This document shows, one piece after another, positions 40,102 to 55,027 of a stretch of DNA of 64,000 nt (position 1 is the stretch's first letter; each line of letters starts with the position of its first letter). The position numbers and the translations under genes are program-made. Origin of the DNA: the human T2T-CHM13v2.0 reference genome, Homo sapiens; the NCBI RefSeq assembly GCF_009914755.1, contig NC_060942.1; one strand, written 5' to 3'. The notes under the pieces are model-generated. The model did no database searches, was not told where the DNA came from, and saw only the letters and a list, made by a program, of their open reading frames with translations.

Positions 40102-41259
40102 ACAAACATGTTTGAAAGTGGAGATGGAGGGCTAGACAGCCTAGTTAAGAGGTGAACTTGTAAGACCTGCATTAACTACATGTTTGCTGTTTATTCACTA
40201 GAAAAATATATGGAGTCGTTGCTAGACAGCTGTGAGTTTGAATAGCTACAAAGTATTTTTTTAAATAAAGCTTTATATCTATTTGACATAGCCACTAATT
40301 CAGACTTTGTAAAACTTCACACAACTTTTCTTACTTTTATTATTGTGATGGTATTTCATTTTATCCCTATTTATATGATGATTGAAGGTTTTTATGTATA
40401 TTCATAGGAGTACTATGTTGATACTTTTTAGCACTTGAACTAGAAAAAGTCAAGACAAAGAAACTGAAACTAGTCTGTTGATTTAGGATTCCATGCTAGT
40501 CATGGCATGATCTGTTAAGGCATGAAAAGCTGCTTGAGATTATATATTTTTATACTTTGGGCTTGTTATAACTCACCCATGGAATAATCACATTCTAGAG
40601 TAATGACAGATTCTAGCCTAGGTTGGTACAACCACATCAAAAAGTCCAGAATCCTTTAATTGCCATGTTTCTCACATTTTACAAAGACTTAGAGCTCAAC
40701 TATTAAATTAGGGTTTTGATTAAAAGAATCTCTTTGTGGTTCTAGCACCCCATGACTTATGATCCCCTTTGTATGAGGACCTCTAGATTCCTGAAGATTA
40801 AATTAACATTTAGATTTGACTTCAGAGAATGTTTTTGAAAAACCCTCTCAAAATCATGGTGAGGACTCAGACAAGCTGAGATTTGCATCCTGACCCCTCC
40901 ATCTGCCAGCATCATTTCCTTGGGAATGTAACCATATATCCACCAACTTCATTTTTGTTATAAGTTAAAATGGGAGTGGTTGCTCTGTCTGATCTGCTTT
41001 TGTAAGTGATAGGAACAAAACATAATAATTATTTGTTAAAGAATATTCAGTAGTCACTGAGTGATTCTCTTATGAGTCAAAAGTAAGTTCACCAGTAAGT
41101 GGAAATTTTGATATCTGTTTTGGTGGTTCACATGTCTTTCTTCTTAACTTTCAAGATTTCATCTGGGTTAAAAACAGTTGAGATGGAAGAACAGCCATTC
41201 TGTGTATATGCTGTATTGTTGTCTCCTTTGTGTTCATATAAAGAGATGGGGAATAAGAG

Positions 41260-41500
41260 TAGAAAGCTTGGAGTCAGCCAGAGCTTCCTTTAACCACGGC
41301 ACCATCAATTACTAGTTGTATAAGCTTGAAATTCTTAGCAACCCCTCTAAGCCTGAGGTTATTCATGTTAAACATGGGAATAATGGATATACCTACTTCA
41401 GAGGGCTGTCAGGGGGATTCTATAAAGTAATGCTACAATGCATTTAGCATAGCGAGTTACACACAGTAACAATAGGTGTTTAATTAATGCTAGGTATTAT
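41260..41500 (+). mobile_element. MIR
   Basis: ttggagtcag...ttactagttgta...ctctaagcct...atacctacttcagagggctgt...gcatttagcatag. Confidence 0.75.
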
Positions 41501-43724
41501 TTCCATATTATTACTGAGAACTACTCAAACAATGACACTTTGTCAGAAAGGCACTCAAAAATGTGCACAGTGAGGGAGTGCCACCCTGAAAAACTTGATC
41601 AGGGATCTACAGTGCCCTGGGTGTCAGTGGAAGGAGACAAGCCATGTGGAATGGCAGTTCTCTGCCAGTGGCTCTGACAATCAGCAAGTACTGTCCAGGA
41701 AAAATCAGTACGTGCCCTCCTCCAGGAGCCCCAGTGCCTTGTGGGAGCCCTGGGGGATTGGCTCAGGCATTTAGAGCCTCACTAGAAAAAAAAAAATCCA
41801 CACTGAAGAAAACCAAGTTCTTTATGTCCTGGAATAAGGTCTTGTGCTGTGGTCTTGTGCTCTTGTATTTTTGTAACCAGAAATACAGAGCCTGTCCTGA
41901 GATGTCCCGAGATGTGAACCAAATAAACCCCAAACCAAATTCCTCTCCAGCTTCTAGAACCTTGAGGGCAGTCAAGTAGAATTCAAAGAGCAGTGATCAG
42001 TGATTCTAGGTCAGATGGGACTTTTAGATTAGGGAAAAAACATAGGTGTCTGTTTGTGGGCATGCGTGTAGATATATGACATTCATTCTTCAAGACCTTG
42101 CTGAAACCTTTCTTCCACTATGAGTTCCCAGTAGATTATTCTTATCCCTGACCCACAAATTCCTGTCACACTGATTATCTTTCGGCATCTGACCCACCTC
42201 TAGTACAGCTGAGCAGAGGTTGTTATTTTTAAGTCCACTTTTTTTTTTCTCACCCCTGTGGTAAGTTCCCTGAGAACAGAGCCTGATATCTTTTCCTCAT
42301 GTGTCCACTAACTACTGCTCACCCCGACTACCCAGCACGTAGCAGGGTGACAGATCCTTATTATATGCTCATTTTAGCACACAGAGAAGGATTGCTTAAA
42401 ACAAGTAAACAAACCAAAAAAGGAAATCTTGTGAAGTATGTGCTAAACCATTGATGGTGTTTTCTTCTCCTTGAAGGTAAAGCTAACTTTAGGAGTTGCG
42501 GGGGAAGGTGGCCCATCTGGTCCTGACATTTTTCTGGAAATATCATCAAAATGGAAGTGAGAAATGTGCTACAAACTGAACAATCATGATCCCCTCTCAC
42601 ATCTGAAAGGAAGATTGTGAGAGTAATGAACATAAATCAAGGCTAGGCTTGTCCTGCCCGAATTGAGGCAAAACAGGTTTTTCTTTTAAAAAACATCTGT
42701 CATCAGGGGATTTAAATCGGGTACTCCTGTTTTTAGAAAAATCTCTATTTCCTTACAGGATGTCGGCTTTGATCACTAATCCCTGGAAAATGTCTTAGGA
42801 GCTACTCCAGTTGGCAGAAGTGCCAGAGAGTGGGTGTGGGCAGGTGTAGGGAAAGAAGTAAGGTAGAGGGAAATGCTTTTCTAAGTCGATGCATTATTTT
42901 AAAATAAAAATACAACTCCCAGAGTCTCTGGAATCTAATGGTTCCCTCTGTGAATTTTCCAGCAGTGCAGCCCAGGGACACCTTTAGAAAATGTTCCTTC
43001 TGCAGGTCAGCATTTTCCTGTCCGCCCCTCTCCCTGGCCAATGCCATTAATGTGCGTTTGTCAATACTGAATTTCATTTGCCGCATAGCAGCTTAGAGAG
43101 GGAAGCACATCGTGTTGCATTTTCCTTGCCTCTCAAACTGGAGTTCCTGCTTCTCCCCAGCTTTGTGTTGTCAGCAAAACATAACGTGTTTACAATCGGT
43201 CTCTTGATCTAAGGTAATTACCTCCAGGAGAAATAGCGAGGGTAAGGACCTAACAAGAGAAGCCTTGTGTCGTCTCATGGTGGGCTGCTGTCCTGAAAGT
43301 GTATCAGACTTGTCAAATTGGTTCAAATTAAATTGACATGGTGCTCTTTCAGGCATCACCACATTATTATACATCTTGGAGCCCTTTTGGGCAGTAAATG
43401 CCTTCAGAGTTAAAAAGGAATGTGCAAAGGAAATGGACTCGAAGGAGTCAGCAACAAGGACAGCGAGGGTCTCCAGGAGGACGCGTTAAAACCGGCTATG
43501 AGAATGCAGAAGGTTATGTTATTACTGGGGCTCAGTTTTGGTCTTCTCTCAGCAATTTCTAGTTGCTGCCACTGTGACAGAGGTGTCCCTAGGCCTTAGC
43601 AATGAGGCCTAGGAACCATTTTTTTTTCCTGCCTCTGGCTTTATTTATTTATTTATTGTAACATTTATGAGCACTGTCCAGGGAAGCTGCTGGGTCCAGC
43701 AGTATCAGCCCCAGCCCAAAGGGA

Positions 43725-43940
43725 GACAGGGGAATTCTAATCCTAGCCTTTCCCTGATGGGCCTGGTGACCTTGGCCAAGTCATTTAACCTCAACACGCT
43801 GGGGCCATCATTTATAACCGAGCAGGGGAGTGAATGAGGCCTGGATCACCTCGCCAGGGTTTCAGGAGGAATAACTAATTAATGATTGTAAAGCACTTTG
43901 CAAACAGAAAGTGCTGTACAAAATGCTTAATATTAATAAT
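43725..43940 (+). mobile_element. MIR3/MIRc-like SINE
   Basis: gtgaccttggccaagtcatttaacctc core and tgtaaagcactttgcaaac...aaagtgctgtacaaaatg tail. Confidence 0.7.
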
Positions 43941-45504
43941 AAAATGCATTCACTGCAAGCCTCTAGGCGTATGTACAGAAATAACGACAGCAATTAAAGT
44001 AACACGCTAACAAAACTCATTAACCCCCAAACCTCCTTCTGACTGTACTTGGCTGTTGTAGCTTCATTGCTTTCTTAAAACTGCCAGGTGGTACAAGAAA
44101 GAATGCTGTAGTGGAGGGCATTGCATGGGCTCTCTCCCTTCCCTTCTGAGCCATGAGCACTCCAGTCCTCCTAAAGCCCCCATTTCTATCTAGCCCTTCC
44201 TGCCATTCTCCCATGAGGACCCCTTCCTTTTCTCCTTGCCCAAGCACCCGCTGCCTATACCATAATTTACTCTAAATGGCTCTTTACTTTGTATTCTTTA
44301 TTTCTTTCCGTGTGCATGTGCCTTTTCTCTGCCCAGACTCTCAGCTCCTGGAGGGCAGAGTTCCCTTTGTATTATTATAGAATCTCTCGTTCCTGAAAGA
44401 GGGCAGTACAGTGCTGTGCACCCATGTGGTCCATGGACCAAGAAGCTGGCACAGACACTATGCCTTCCCCAGCTGACTGGTTAGACTAACGGGCAGGGTA
44501 TTATTGGAAATAGGCCACACAGGGTATCACCTTACCCCCAGCAAGCCGACAACTCAGGCCAAGAAGGCCCTGAGGCCTGGCAGGCCTGACAGAAGAGACC
44601 CTTGTCACTCTGGAGGAAGGGTGGAAGAGGAAAGGCAGGGCTCAGTTGTTCAGAAAACCTACACCTTTGAAACTGGGGGAAAATGAAAACAGATACTGAG
44701 AAAGCAACTTCAGGGGAAGAGGGAAGGGATTCATATGAAATGCATGGGGTAAGCAGAAGACAGAGCAAAGCATGCTTTGTGCATGTGTGCGTCACAGCTA
44801 ATAAGGGCCCCCGGAGTGGGAAAGGCAGGCACAGCTGGAGTCCTCTGCATGGTGGAGAGGACGCTAGGGACTTTGTGAAGACTGGGTGGGCACTTTGGAA
44901 AAGATAATTTGTCTATTTTCTTTTTTTTGTAATAATGAACAGCTAATTTGGAAAAAAAATAGCCTCTCTCCTTACCTCCTTTTTCTTCCTCTTTAATAAG
45001 ACACCACTTTGTTTTTTGTTTCTCTTTAACTTTTAAATTTTATATTTTACCTTGCTCAGAGTGCTGGATACTGTCAGAATTCTTATGCTGCAATAGCATG
45101 TTTTATGGGAAATAAAAGCGGTATGCAAACCACATTCCTGAGGCATCGTGAGTCCAAATGTAATCTGATTTTGTCTTGAGTACAATATTGTAACACAGGG
45201 TTGTGATATGGGCCTTTAGATTGGTAACGTAAATAGTTTTTATAGAAAAAAGACCACGCATACCACAAGGAATGTACTCCAAATTATATATCAGAATATT
45301 ATAGTATTTACCAAATGTTATACAAAGTAATTAAGCAAAACAGCAAAGTCAGGTATTGTACTCTATTTGATGGTTTAAAAGAGATTCTCTAGAAAGGAGC
45401 TTTTTAGGCAGCATGGAAGGGCCTTGAGTCTTAGAAGAAATAGTCAAACAACTTCTGTAGGGGGTCACTGTAAGGTCCAGGGCTGGGGAGAAGGAATTTG
45501 CTGC

Positions 45505-45720
45505 GAAAAGACTGGAGCCAGATAGGGTACAGTGCCTTTAAATATAAATGTCTGCTCAAAGGGGAGAGGGAGGGAGGAAAAAGAAAGAAGAGGGGAGTGG
45601 AAGAAGCTAACAGCACACAAATCCAGTGCTGAGTGACGCCTGAGTGTTCAGAGAAAGATGCAGCAAGAATCCACAGGAGAGCGGGACGGTGGGCCTAGAG
45701 GTCCGCCCTGGCGGAGGCAT
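45505..45720 (-). promoter_or_regulatory. Candidate Pol II core promoter, minus strand (TSS about 45513)
   Basis: Minus-strand TATTTAAA starting 45544 lies 31 nt upstream of an Inr CCAGTCT (A at 45513); upstream pyrimidine tract, ARE/CRE-like TGCTGAGTGACG (45627-45638), GC box (45703-45708), local CpG enrichment. Confidence 0.5.
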
Positions 45721-46064
45721 GTTGTGAAGAATATTCTTGAGTTTTGGCAGCCACTCTGCAGATGATTCCCTCCTGTGGAGAGCAGAGAGTGATTGTGGAC
45801 AAGCAGCTCGGGAGATTGCAGGTCTGGAGACAACTTTGGAGAAAAAAATCCAAATAGTTACCCACCCACCCCCCCCAAAAAAAATACAAATAGTCACAAA
45901 ATTACAAGAAAGAAAGCCAAGAAATGATATTGAGGGAGAACAAGCCTCTATTTCACAGCCAAATCAAACACCCCTGACAGGGAAATTGATATTCTGCCTC
46001 AGAGTCTCTTTCATGAAGGCTGGGCAGGGCTTGGAAGGGACAGAGCAGGAGAGGAAAGGAGATC

Positions 46065-46210
46065 AGTGTACATTCTAGGATCCAAGCCTGCCACCAACTC
46101 CTGGTGTGACCTTGAGCGAGTCACTTCACCTCGTCAGCCTATTTCCCATCTGTAAAGCAAGGCATTTGAGTCCAACAGTCTCTAAAGCCCTTTCAAACCC
46201 GATACCCATG
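46065..46210 (+). mobile_element. MIR
   Basis: tgtgaccttgagcgagtcacttcacctc...tttcccatctgtaaa. Confidence 0.75.
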
Positions 46211-46483
46211 AACTTCACAATGTTAAGTGTCCAAATGATGGTTACGCTCCTGGAGGGCTGAGTTCCCTTTCAGTAAGTACTCAGTGGCTAAGAAGCTGAC
46301 TTAGGTGGCATTGCCACTTCACGGAAGCTGTTATGAATTGACCACAGTGTGCAACTGTAGGGTTTCATCCCAGTGGCTTAGAGTGATTATCAGTCAAAAT
46401 TCACTCAGCAACTTTCATATGTCCAGCCTTTGGGTAGGTGCTGAAAGGATGATTCTGTCCCTGCTCTTAAGAAACTTACAGTC

Positions 46484-46815
46484 AGCCGGGCGCGGTGGCT
46501 CATGCCTGTAATCCCAGCACTTTGGGAGGCCGAGGTGGGCAGATCACGAGGTCAGGAGATCGAGACCATCCTGGCTAACACGGTGAAATCCCGTCTGTAC
46601 TGAAAAAATACAAAAAGTTAGCTGGGCATGGTGGCGGGCACCTGTAGTCCTAGCTACTCAGGAGGCTGAGGCAGGAGAATGGCATGAACCCAGGAGGTGG
46701 AGCTTGCAGTGAGCCGAGATCACGCCACTGCACTCCAGGCTGGGCGACAGAGCGAGACTCCGTCTCAAAAACAAAAACAAAAAAAAAAAAAAAGAAGAAG
46801 AAGAAAGAAAAAAAG
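46484..46815 (+). mobile_element. AluY
   Basis: Y diagnostics (gatcgagaccatcctggctaacacggtg, ggagaatggc, gagcttgcagtg); mixed A tail. Confidence 0.95.
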
Positions 46816-49800
46816 AATCACTAGCAAACAAAAAATGTTAAATGTCAGGAAACTGAAGCTCAGAACATTGTTTGGAAGAAGGCAGCTACAGAGAAGGACA
46901 GTTTGTGCACACACACATGCCTTTTTCAACCTAAAATCTAAAATTGGGTGATTGTAAGGTATGGTCTTTGTGAGCATATATGTATGTGTGTGCGCATGTA
47001 AAAGTATGAATCTCTGTCTGTTCTTAAGAAAATGTCATTCTTAGATTACAGAAAGAAAGAGGGAGGAAAGCACTGGAGAGGAGGGGTAAGGAGGAAAGCT
47101 GGGGATGCATAGGTAATTTAAAATTATAACCCAACAAATGCAAAACAGGAAGGGAACAGCATTTTAAAGAGGCCAGTAGATAGCATCAGCTCATTAGTGG
47201 TTCCATTACAGTGTACATCGGTTTGCTTTCTCTCCCAGCGCACACACAAAAAAGTGATGTATGTGCATGTGGGTATGGAGGAAGTAAATTAAATAAGCAC
47301 AGCTTAAGTTATTTTAGGGTATTCTGAGCATTCACTCTCATTCTTAAAGATTGGTGAGAAGTTTGAAATGTTTTGGTCTTTGAAATTAGCCATTGCCCTT
47401 CAAATACGATTGGATTCTCAAAGAAGCCCTTCAATAGGTGAGGAGTGGGGAGAGGTCAGAAGGAAAGGAGCGGAGCTCTTTCCACCAGTTGGATGGGAGG
47501 ATGGAATCTATGATGCTGGCACAGCATGGCTGTCAATGATTGGAGAACTTTGTTTCCATTTGGAAATGATTAAGGTCTTATTGCTCCTGTCTTAGATATG
47601 AAAGACCTGAAATGCATCTGTTTGATGTAACTAAGGTTGAGTGACAACTCTATGCATGTTGTTAGCAAAGTTCCTTGAGAAGAAGGGAAGAGTGCTTAAT
47701 TTCAGGAAAGTTGAACTATAAGAATTGAGTACCTTGATTGAATTTGATAGTTCTTAATGGGAAACTGTATTGAACTAGCAGAAAAAAAAATTGCAATGAG
47801 ATTTGGTGAAAAGGATCAAACTCAAATTTAGTTTTTTTTTTTAAACCCTCAGAATTAATCTTGCCAATTTTATGCAGTTAATAGTAGGAATTATTTCACA
47901 TGAAGAAAGACAATGTCAGAAATAAGGGTAGAATTTTAGAGCTGGAATTAGAAGAGGGACCAGGGGAAAGCTAATTTGCTTTTCTGCTCCAAAATATTCC
48001 TAGAATTCATGTCTTAGAGTCTATTTGATTTTGTTTTTTAAAATTAATGATGGAGAAGGATTTCCTGGGGAGGGTTTCTGGGTGGGGCTTGGGTTATAAC
48101 CACTGAACTGACTAATCAGGAAGGCAAATGAGCCGTGCTGTCTCCAAGTCCATGTGCATAGGCTAGAAGGGGAAAGAAAACATCCTGGGCCCTGCCCAGA
48201 GAGATCAGCTGGAGTCCTAGGCCCTCAAAAGATTGCAGGTCAGCCAAGAAAAGAGGGAACCATCGTATGAGGAATTTGGGAGTACACTTCAGTACTGGTC
48301 ACCTTATAGGAGTGCCAGGGCTTATCCTTGAGGGCACTGGGGCACAGAGGACCAGATCCCTCGGAGGAATTATGACCTTTGACCTACACTTTGACTGCTG
48401 CCACATACAGCACATGCAATGGCAGCCAACGAGTAGCTCCTAGGCCCTTTGGCCTAGTGTCTGTTCCCTACTTCCCAACAGGTTTAGTTTCCTTTATAAA
48501 CATAATATCTATAAATGAGGCATCCATTCTCCAGTCACAGCAGCTCCCATCATCCACTATTGTCTGATATCGGCCATGCTTGCTCAGTTTACATTAACTG
48601 TCCAATTCCAATTCTGAACTGCTATTCTTAGGCTATGTGCAGTAAGGCCTCACTGCTTGTGTGTTTGGAATGCCCTGCAGAAATCTTCCTTCCACTTCAT
48701 CCATGACGATTTTTTGAGAAGCAAGAAGGGCAAAGGCCCAGAGTGATTCAGTGAAGGTGCATATGGTATTCATTCTGCAGAGAACAAATATGGAACAGGA
48801 GAAAAAGTGACAGTCACACCATTTGCATTTGGTATGTAAATTCAAGATACATATTGATTTACATGTATAATTTAGCAACCAAAAAAAAAAAAAAAAGGAA
48901 AAAGAAACCCACATAGCTAAGTAAACATGAATACCCACCCCAAGCTAAAGGCTGGGCTCGTGGTGGTGTTTGTAAATGGCACTGTGTGGTAGCACATCTT
49001 GGCATGCAAATGTGTACAAACTTAAAACTGTTGCTAGGTTAAACAACACCTTTCCCAGGAAGCACAACTGATTTAGCAGCTTGTGCTTTATGCGTTGGAC
49101 TCCAGGGCAGAAGGCCCCTTTCCTCACCTCATAGCAAGGGCAGAAAGGGGGATTCATCCGTGTTCTTTCCTTGCTGAAGTCTACCTTCATGCTGATACAG
49201 CCCAGCCTTTTTAAACACCTTTTCCTTTTTGTTGTTTTCATGCATGAAGAACTTGAACAAATTTTTCCATAATGGAAAAAATAAATGCTTTCACCAGCTC
49301 CCTCTTTATTTAAACTTATTTTCTATTCTCACCAAGCTTCTCTCCACTTACCTTCCAGCCCCTGAAACAGTCCTTCCAGAGACAATGCCTCACCATCATT
49401 TGGACACACGAATATTACCACCACCGCACTTTTACTAATCATAGTACTATTCAAAAGAATGCTTTTCCTTCATCCACTGAAATCCTATTCACCTCTCAAG
49501 CTTAACTTACACTTGATAGCCTCCTCCAAGCCTTCACAAAATCTATAGCTATGCCAATTTCTTCTTTCCAGGACCAGCTGGGGCACTTGTGATCTCAAGC
49601 TGTGTTCTCAATCTTGGTCACATACAGTTGTATGAGACTTCCTAATAATTTCCTAGGTGTGGCTCTTGGTTCTTCAACCAGAGAGAATGATCCCTGAGGG
49701 AAGAGATTTTGTTCCTTCTCTACAACACAGTCCATTTGGCACAAAAATGAACATATTGATGATGCTAGCACATCGTGCTGGACTGAATTGAGAAAATGGT

Positions 49801-50015
49801 TTCTCAATGTTCACTCCTTATATCCTGATTTAAAGCCTACAGTAGAAAACCCTAATCAGTGACCAGAGTTGAAAAATGGGTTAGCAGAGGAATAGAAAGA
49901 ATACGAGAGGTGCATTAGAAGATAGATTCAGGATTTTCTTTTTGTTCCCACTCTGCCATGATGTTCTTCATGAGACTCTCTTGTTCATAATGAACAGCAA
50001 CAAGTCCATATAATC

Positions 50016-50235
50016 CAGGGTTTCCGAACCTTGATGCAACTGACACTTTGGGCGGAGTAAGTCTTCATTATGTGGGAGCTATCCTGTATATTATAGGATG
50101 CTTAGAAGCATCCCTGGTCTTTGCCCACTAGATGACAGTAGCTCCCCCTTCCTCCACACCTCTACTCCACAGTTGTGACGGTAGAAAATATAAATCTGCA
50201 TAATTCCCCCAATCCATCCATGTTGAGATACACTA
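50016..50235 (-). mobile_element. MER20 (hAT-Charlie)
   Basis: cagggtttccgaacc...tgacactttggg...gcatccctggtc...cccactagatg. Confidence 0.8.
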
Positions 50236-50389
50236 CTATAATTAATTCTCTAGAATTCCTAAAATATTTACATCTTTTAGTGGATTAAACAAAACTCTAC
50301 GACACACCTTAATATTTAGGGAAATTCTGCTTTCTCTTACTGTCCTTAACTCTTACTGTTTTAAGTGATTTACAAATATGAATTCCTTT

Positions 50390-50689
<300 letters not shown>

Positions 50690-50739
50690 CCCAATTCCTT
50701 TAATTCTTATAACATAGCCATAAGTTATACCCATAAGTT

Positions 50740-50877
50740 GGTTGCTCATTTTATAAGTGGGGAACCAAGGCCCAGAGAGGTTAACAAGTTTATCCAAGGT
50801 CACACAGCAAGTAAGTTGCAGATCTGGGATTCAAACCCCGATGTTCTGACTCTGAAGTCTGTGCTTTTAACCACTGT
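50740..50877 (-). mobile_element. MIRb
   Basis: cattttataagtggggaaccaaggcccagagaggtt...ccaaggtcacacagc...gggattcaaaccc. Confidence 0.85.
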
Positions 50878-51249
50878 TCCTTTCACAAGGGAAAAGATTG
50901 GTATCTCTGGATCAATTGTCTTCAATTCTGAACAGGGGTATTTTTGTAAATATTCACTGGTTTAGGAGTGCCTAAATTGGGAATTAACAGTCACTCCTAT
51001 CAATTATTTTAAATATTCACAGCTTTTTCTTCAACAACTTGCTCTTGAATAAACCCTGTCTTATGATGGGGCTTGCACACCCATAAACTTGCATTGATTG
51101 TGGAGGGCTGTGCATTAGAAATGCTGGGTATTCTTTGGAAGCCATGGGAAATATGCAGCCTGTCATACCTGAATTAATCCCTCAGTTCTCTATACCCATG
51201 GGAAAAGCCCCAAACTGATTGCTGTTTTGTATTTCCAGCTGTCTGATAT

Positions 51250-51705
51250 TGTCATGCTATTCCCAACTCAAAATCTCTAGTGGGTCTTCACTTCCAGCTG
51301 CACTGAATCTAAACTTTGACAAGATGTCAAGACCTTTCATTATCCCACTATTCCCCACACAGTCCGTCTGCTTGGTATGGGCCAGCATCCTCACTTCCCA
51401 TTCTATCCTCCATACAGCCAGGTATTCCACCTGTGCTTGTAAGGCACAGCACAAGTTCAATTCCTCTGTGAATTTTCCCCTTCATTGAAATCTTCAGGTT
51501 ACTTTTTCCGAACTCCTTCAGCATGTGTTTTTTGCCATTGAAGTCCACTCATGAGGACAGAATTTTATATTTTGTATTTTTAAAATATGTTTTATACTCA
51601 TCATCTCAACTAGATTGGGTAAGTCTTGAAGAAGAGGACTGTGTCTTTTATTGCAATTTGAGCCTCCACATTAGGCACAGGACAGGCACTCAATCAAGAC
51701 GTTGA
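51250..51705 (+). mobile_element. L2 3' fragment
   Basis: actagattgggtaagtcttgaagaagaggactgtgtctt...aggcactcaat. Confidence 0.6.
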
Positions 51706-52697
51706 CCCTTTGGTTATTCATTTATCATCCACCTTCACCCTCTTTTCACCATGAAGGGGGCCATGCCTTTGTGCCCTCACTTCAGTGGATGCTGCACTAT
51801 AGCACAAAGTCCTCCAGTTACTGACTTGTAGCTCTATTGGTGGTCACCTGCAGGCCACCGATTAACAGTCTCCCAAGAAAATATAGTTTCTGAAAAACGT
51901 GAAACAGGGTGTCATATCCAGTCAGCACGATGCCGTTGCTTATTTTGGAGAGAGGATAAAAACTACAAATATTCATGCTGCTCTTGTGAAAAACACCAGT
52001 AACAAGCACCAATAGCTTGGTCTTGGTGTGGGTCGTATTGGTGATCGTGTCAGTGATATATGGTCATGTGTCTTTAGGGTAAGGTAGGTTTAGGTGTCTG
52101 CTAGGTTTCTAGTGCAGAAGTAACAAGTGTGAGAGTGATTTTCTTTTTTTAAAAAGCTAGTTTTGCATTGCAGTGCTTACCTTCCTTGATGATGATGATG
52201 GTATAATTTTCAGTGTTCATAGGGTTTGACCTTTTTCAGGCTTTCACATATAGTGTCTCTCTTAATGACAATATACATGTAATATACACAGAACAGGCAG
52301 AATTAACACAGATCCACACAACTATTGGAGTCCCAAGCAGTTAAAGAGGTTTGCTTAAGTAAATACAAAGCCCTAATTAAGTTAGTTTAAGACTTCCTAC
52401 TTGCCCTTTAAATCATTTTGATTTTAAACGTCACATGATTCAGTGGGAGAAAACCCTGAATGCCACAATACACCAGAGTTTATAACATAAGAATAAAATA
52501 TTCTTAAAAAATTTAATATGAAACTGGACTTTGGTTGACCTCAACAGAAACTGATCAATTAGAAAACATTAAAAATTATTGAATGTCTTATGTGCTAGGC
52601 ATGTTAAGGAACATAGTATAAGGGTTTTAGTAACACTTATTTCATTTTAAAAATCAACAAATGAAAAATTTAAGGGATAATTATAAAAGAAAAAACT

Positions 52698-53104
<407 letters not shown>

Positions 53105-54656
53105 TTATCCTGCATTTCTTTTATGGGTGGTAGAGATCATGTATATTCTGGATAACCTGGTCTATTAGCTATTCTAACTCCATATTGGCATCTTTCAGAA
53201 AAATTTCAGTTTTGCTATGGCTGGCAGCCATCTCTGACTCTGTTTAGTTACAACTGACCTGTCATACCCACACCCCACAGTAACATTCTTGCTGATAAAC
53301 AGTCCTTGTTAATGAATTTTGACCTATTATTAGTATCAACAGATACATCGTTTACTTCACTAGTTATTAATGTCATGTTTAATTAATTCTAACCTCTGAA
53401 GATTTCCTGAATTCTAAATACTTTGCTTTCGGACAAATCCAGTGAGGTGAGTTAGGCCTCTTTTTCTCTCCCTGAGGGACCATCAGTGGGTCTCTCAACT
53501 ATCCTCCTGGGAAGCTGATTTTCCCATAAATCTGTGAGAGAGTATTTGTGCTAACAACTAGAACTGGGAAGACATTACCTTCTTTATTTTCAGAAAGTAG
53601 TTCATGTTATTAGAGCTGATGCTGACAATAGCCAAGGCAACCTGCCACACTTCGATTAGGTGAACTTGGAAAATTTTCTCTAAGTAAAGTCTTTATGCAA
53701 GACAAAATAGTTTTTAAAATGAAGCAAGTAAGCATGCTTTGTGTTTTATTCCTGCTGGACTGACATTTCCCTAAGAAGGTCTCAGCATGCATTTGGCCAT
53801 CACCATCACCACACATTTGGCAGCCATGACCACCATCACTTTGAAGCAGTGAGATAATAGATCAGCTTGCATGGTGAGATGCTTCTGCTTGACTTCTGGT
53901 TGCCATCCAGGTTCCTACTGCATCATCAAGATCCCATATCTTGAGTTGTAGAGAATAAGATTACCAAAATATTCATTCATTGTTCTAAAAATTCATCAGA
54001 ACTTATGTGCCAAAGGCATCTATGGGAAATAGTCCAATTTTTGAACTTCTTGAAGCTCCTAAAGAGCTTTCTAACTAATAGACCAAGTTAAATGCTAGGA
54101 ATAGTAAGTTTCTACAAGGTAAATTTCAAATGTTCAGATTCAGGGTTTTAGGGACAGGACTCAATCAGGGTTGATTGTTAAACAGGACAATCAAGGTTCG
54201 GAGAGGATAAGAAAATGACAACGCATGGCTTGCTTAAATTGTACCATGCTAATGATGTGATATTTATATTTCTATGTTTTTGTGTATTTACATTATATGT
54301 ATATTCATAAGAACAGATAGAAGGAAGAGGTTAACATTGTTACCATAGGACCATGACATATAATGGTTAATTTTCATTATATGTGTGTGTCCTCTGTCTT
54401 TTCTCTCTCCCTCCCTCTCATAGACACTGCTTTTGCAGTCTGGGAAAAATATTGTTTTTTAAAAAAGTCATCTTGAAGAAAGAGCAATTGATACCTAGGA
54501 CTATACATATTGAGAAAGACATAGCTGATGCATTTTAGGATATTAAAGGTCTGAGAGACTTTGTAGTGTGGCTGGGCCACATATATCCCTACAAGATCAG
54601 TTTCCTCTTGTTCATTTCAGCCCACTTCTATGTGCTCAGCTCTGCTATGGAGCTAT

Positions 54657-55027
<371 letters not shown>

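Noticed and set aside
45543-45600. Plus-strand use of TATAAAT
   Set aside because: The expected start region is an all-purine tract without an Inr; the minus-strand geometry fits better
51993-52060. Possible pre-miRNA hairpin (acacca/tggtgt, caccaata/tattggtg)
   Set aside because: Only short competing stems and no recognisable mature miRNA; RNAfold plus small-RNA data would be needed
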